Shown: piece by piece, positions 60,971-64,000 of the stretch
How the letters are laid out: every line of letters begins with the position of its first letter
Position numbering within the stretch: position 1 is the first letter of the stretch
Assembly (NCBI GenBank): GCA_002269645.1
Contig: NIVC01000781.1
Span: 142,491 to 206,490 of the forward strand
Direction of reading: 5' to 3'
Length of the DNA stretch: 64,000 nucleotides
Origin: Macrostomum lignano
Taxonomy: Eukaryota
Translations under genes and position numbers: made by a program
The notes under the pieces: generated by a model
What the model was told of the DNA's origin: nothing
What the model saw: the letters and a program-made list of their open reading frames with translations, nothing else
Database searches by the model: none

Positions 60971-61393
60971 TCAGAATTTCTTCAAACCATTGCCTTGTCT
61001 CAAAGACACTTGAGACTGTTCTGCTGTTCCTAGAGCCTTTTTAACAATATCTTGAATAGCCTTATTTGATTGAGAAGCTATCTGTTGCTCTTCTTCCATT
61101 CTTTTCTTTGCTTCTTTATCTCTACGTTTCTTTTTAATATATTCCAGTTCCTCACCTGCTTTAGACATGTCACTGTATGATTTCTTCGCATCGAATATGT
61201 TCTTCGCTGTGGTAGCTGTTTTACCTATTGCATCAGCTCCACTCACAATTTTACTTCCATGATTTGATAAAAAGTTTGTGACACCACTGATCATATCACC
61301 AATTCCTTCACCCTCTTTATCAGCTAGTAGTTGTGAATCAGACGTTTCAATCTGACCTTTCGCCCGTTTGCAGTTTGTTCGATAGGCGCTCAT
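60971..61393 (-). CDS. Polinton B small amphipathic-helix virion protein candidate
   Basis: Likely start MSAYRT (TAAAAATG at 61393); EGEGIGDMISGVTNFLSNHGSKIVSG; similar to A 30469-30843. Confidence 0.6.
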   Translation of the reverse strand: MSAYRTNCKRAKGQIETSDSQLLADKEGEGIGDMISGVTNFLSNHGSKIVSGADAIGKTATTAKNIFDAKKSYSDMSKAGEELEYIKKKRRDKEAKKRMEEEQQIASQSNKAIQDIVKKALGTAEQSQVSLRQGNGLKKF

Positions 61394-62705
61394 TTTTAGT
61401 TGAAAAATTTGCTGGTAGAAGCTGGGATTTGTAAAATGATCCAATGATTTCTTCTCCATTCTCATCCTCAATAATGTAGGTTATGGGATTGGAGTAAACT
61501 ATTTTCTTTATCCTAAACACTTCTGAAATTTTCCAATATCCTCTTCGACCCTTTTCAAAGTGCTCCTTATATCTATAGATATGAACTTTGTCACCTACTT
61601 TGAAGTTTGGTTTCTCATTTGAATACTCGAAAGTTGGCTTTGGTACTCGCTCAGGATGTTTAGATGCTTCTGAAGGAGTTATCAGAATCTCAGAATGGAT
61701 TGTGTTGTTGTATTTTTCAACAATAGCTGGCAATGTGTGGAGCCACTTCTGATTACCCTGTAGATCAAATTCAAACCAGAGTTTATTTGTGAGAGTACGA
61801 TTGAACCTCTCAATCATTGCATTCTTGGACTCGCCATAAATTGAAAACATCTTGTTAATATATTCACCCCTTTCATCCTTCTTTCTAATGTTGTCTTTTG
61901 AAAACGAGTATAGCTTGTACATATGCTGATTATAAAACTCCTTGCCTTCATCTACACAAAGTCTCTCTGATCGTCTTCCTGATTCCTTAAATACTTTTTG
62001 GAAAGCTTCTGCAACTTCCGCTCCCGTCTTTGTTTTCAAAGGAACTGCCCAGGCGTAACGTGTAAAACCATCTATGATAGTGAGAGCATATTTGTAACCT
62101 CTTTCGGGCGGTAGGATAATGATATCTGCATGCCAAATTGTGTCTTTTGCATAGTGAATCATTTTTCTAAATACTCTTGGCTTTCTGTATTCCCTATGCA
62201 ATTTTACTGCATCTTCATAGCTAAGACCCTTACCATAAATTGTTAGACAGTCTATACAATTGTTGGGGTTGTGAGTATGAATTCCTAATCCAAACCGAAC
62301 TTTAGCATTGATAATACGCTTTACTAGATTTCTAATGAGTCTCTCCTTTACCGACAAGTCGCTGGTTGGAATAGCATCTAAATCAGCTATCATTTTTTCA
62401 TCAGCAATATGCTTCTTTGCTAGGGCTTCCTCTGGAGTTGAAGACGTCTTTTCAGCATCTCTATAGCTTTTGTCATGATAGTAAGCAGTCCAATCAATTG
62501 GATTAATTGGTAGACTATCATACCGAGGCCAGTCTGTAATTGGATTGAGTCTCTTGTCTAAATTTGTACCTGGGCCAGTGAAAGAATACCCTGGAATATG
62601 AAATTCGCCAGGATATTTTCCAGTGGCGAAGATGGGTGGTAGTTTTGTTATAGCTGACTGAATATCCAATGCAGAACCTAGAAATAATGGTTTACTGAAG
62701 GCCAT
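61347..62705 (-). CDS. Polinton B parvovirus-type phospholipase A2 domain fused to retroviral-like DDE integrase
   Basis: GYSFTGPGT and DWTAYYHDKSY (PLA2 Ca-loop and HD dyad); WHADI, CVDEG, IERFNRT (DDE); FKVGDKV C-terminal domain. Confidence 0.92.
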   Translation of the reverse strand: MAFSKPLFLGSALDIQSAITKLPPIFATGKYPGEFHIPGYSFTGPGTNLDKRLNPITDWPRYDSLPINPIDWTAYYHDKSYRDAEKTSSTPEEALAKKHIADEKMIADLDAIPTSDLSVKERLIRNLVKRIINAKVRFGLGIHTHNPNNCIDCLTIYGKGLSYEDAVKLHREYRKPRVFRKMIHYAKDTIWHADIIILPPERGYKYALTIIDGFTRYAWAVPLKTKTGAEVAEAFQKVFKESGRRSERLCVDEGKEFYNQHMYKLYSFSKDNIRKKDERGEYINKMFSIYGESKNAMIERFNRTLTNKLWFEFDLQGNQKWLHTLPAIVEKYNNTIHSEILITPSEASKHPERVPKPTFEYSNEKPNFKVGDKVHIYRYKEHFEKGRRGYWKISEVFRIKKIVYSNPITYIIEDENGEEIIGSFYKSQLLPANFSTKNERLSNKLQTGERSD

Positions 62706-62738
62706 TTTTATAAAAATAAATTTAAGTAATCTACAGAC

Positions 62739-62906
62739 TTAGGCTGCGTTAACTGCTGTAGCAATAGAGCCTGCTGCTGCACCTGCCTGTTCTATGAAAG
62801 GTAGATTTGTCTTTTACTAAGTTGGATATGGTGCTTATAGTATCAAAAAAGACCTTCTCCATTATACTCTAGTGGTTCGCCTATTGTATAGTCTCTTATC
62901 TTGCAT
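62739..62906 (-). pseudogene. Degraded second amphipathic-protein paralog (not in the ORF track)
   Basis: Two shifts give MQDKRLYN.../PLEYNGEGLFDTISTISNLVKDKSTF/IEQAGAAAGSIATAVNAA*, similar to A GNGLADLIA...AEAAGSVATA. Confidence 0.5.
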
Positions 62907-63094
62907 GATTCTGTAACGTGGTGCGCTTCGTGTCTTTTTAGAAAGGGGGTGAACACAATAGACTAGCATGAGACGCTCCTATTGGTTGCCAAAACCAAAA
63001 CTTTTTTGGCAGAAATTTTGGTCGCAAGATTTGGCAGAAATTTTGGCAGCCAATAGCAATGTTCAGTGCTGCGGTTATGTATAGTTAGTTTGGT

Positions 63095-63997
63095 GAGTTC
63101 CTGCGAGAGCCTATTTGACCATACGCTTCACTCAGTGTGGGTTTCGCACGACGTTAAAGCTGAGTCACAATATAAAAATTGCTTTGAGGAGAATTTCTCC
63201 TGCTATTTGTTCCATTTTTAAGATACATAATTTAGAAAAGGGTTAGTGAAATCGTCCGTAGGTAGGGTCGCGAGAGCATTGTTCGTTTGTAACTTGCGTG
63301 GCCCACTTCATGTCTTTTTTTACAGCTAGATAGAGGGTGAACACAAAAGATTTGCACGAGCCACTCCTATTGGATGCCAAAACCAAACACTTTTTGGCAG
63401 AAATTTTGGCAAAAATTTTGGTTTTGGCAGAAATTTTGGCAGCCAATAGAAATGTTGAGTGCTGCGGTTAGTGCTCTAGTAGTCGAGTATGCATGCCACG
63501 AAAAATTTAAATTAGCGCTCCATGTTCTTGAATGTCTTCTATTATCTTTAAGTACAAATCTAGAACAGCATTAAAGCCATTTCAAAGCCTCGGGACAAAG
63601 CGAATGTGCAGGAGCAAATTATTGACTTTTGTAAAAGCATTGTATGCCTCGAGTGGACAATTTTTATGCATAGATGGTAGCTGACTGATCGTTAAAAGCA
63701 AAGCTAGTAAGATTGGCTTATTGAAGGGCGTTATGCAATGGGAGAAAAGACTATTATTAAATTTGATGCTAGTTTTGAAATGATGAAACCTGAAAATAGG
63801 TTATTTTAACCCACGAATCAAAAATTTCTTGTGGTTTTACTCACGAAATCGCGCAAAAAGCAATTTTTCAAAACTTTTGAAAAATCACTAAAATCACTGT
63901 TTTCAGACAATTTTCACCTGTTTTTAGTCGATTTTTATCTGTTTTTTTGTGATTTTTCAAAATGGGTTGCGCTCAAACCTACTTTTCCTATACTACT
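63095..63997 (-). repeat. Polinton B right TIR (903 bp)
   Basis: Reverse complement of 37330-38093 plus 47260-47395 with few differences. Confidence 0.95.
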
Positions 63998-64000
63998 GCG

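Larger units (their letters stand above)
37330..63997. mobile_element. Polinton/Maverick B, complete (26.7 kb including a 9.17-kb Helitron insertion)
   Basis: AGTAGT...ACTACT termini; ~900-bp TIRs; left flank GCGGTG and right flank GCG (window ends); full gene set. Confidence 0.95.

Noticed and set aside
33933-63997. Bacteriophage or bacterial contamination
   Set aside because: The gene set (pPolB, rve integrase, adenain, A32 ATPase, capsids), TIRs and TSD fit Polintons, and the region is contiguous with spliced metazoan genes.

Overview
Eukaryotic (metazoan) genomic DNA; the minisatellite-filled introns and GC-rich low-complexity exons suggest a Macrostomum-like flatworm, which is an inference only. 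Bases 1-26.4 kb hold the 5' end of a Ty3/Gypsy retrotransposon and four spliced host genes. These are a coiled-coil/NHL-like gene (-), RACK1 (-), the PP2A catalytic subunit (+, head-to-head with RACK1) and GINS2/Psf2 (+). Their introns and spacers carry minisatellites, five short TIR elements with target-site duplications, and a solo LTR. Bases ~26.7-64 kb form a three-level nest of mobile elements. Polinton/Maverick A is cut inside its pPolB gene by a complete, divergent Polinton B (37330-63997, ~900-bp TIRs, AGTAGT termini, predicted TSD GCGGTG). The left TIR of B is in turn interrupted by a head-to-tail dimer of a non-autonomous Helitron carrying a 23-bp satellite and (TTAGGG)n. B encodes pPolB, a PLA2-integrase fusion, a packaging ATPase, capsid proteins, an adenain protease, a discoidin fibre and several membrane-active proteins. 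Many of its virion genes are broken by single-base indels, which could be sequencing error or decay. The most notable signals are ESCRT late-domain motifs in a conserved Polinton membrane protein, a recurrent G-x-G-hydrophobic putative cleavage code, a TAAAAATG start motif, non-canonical pPolB motifs, and an ATGAC core shared by unrelated minisatellites.
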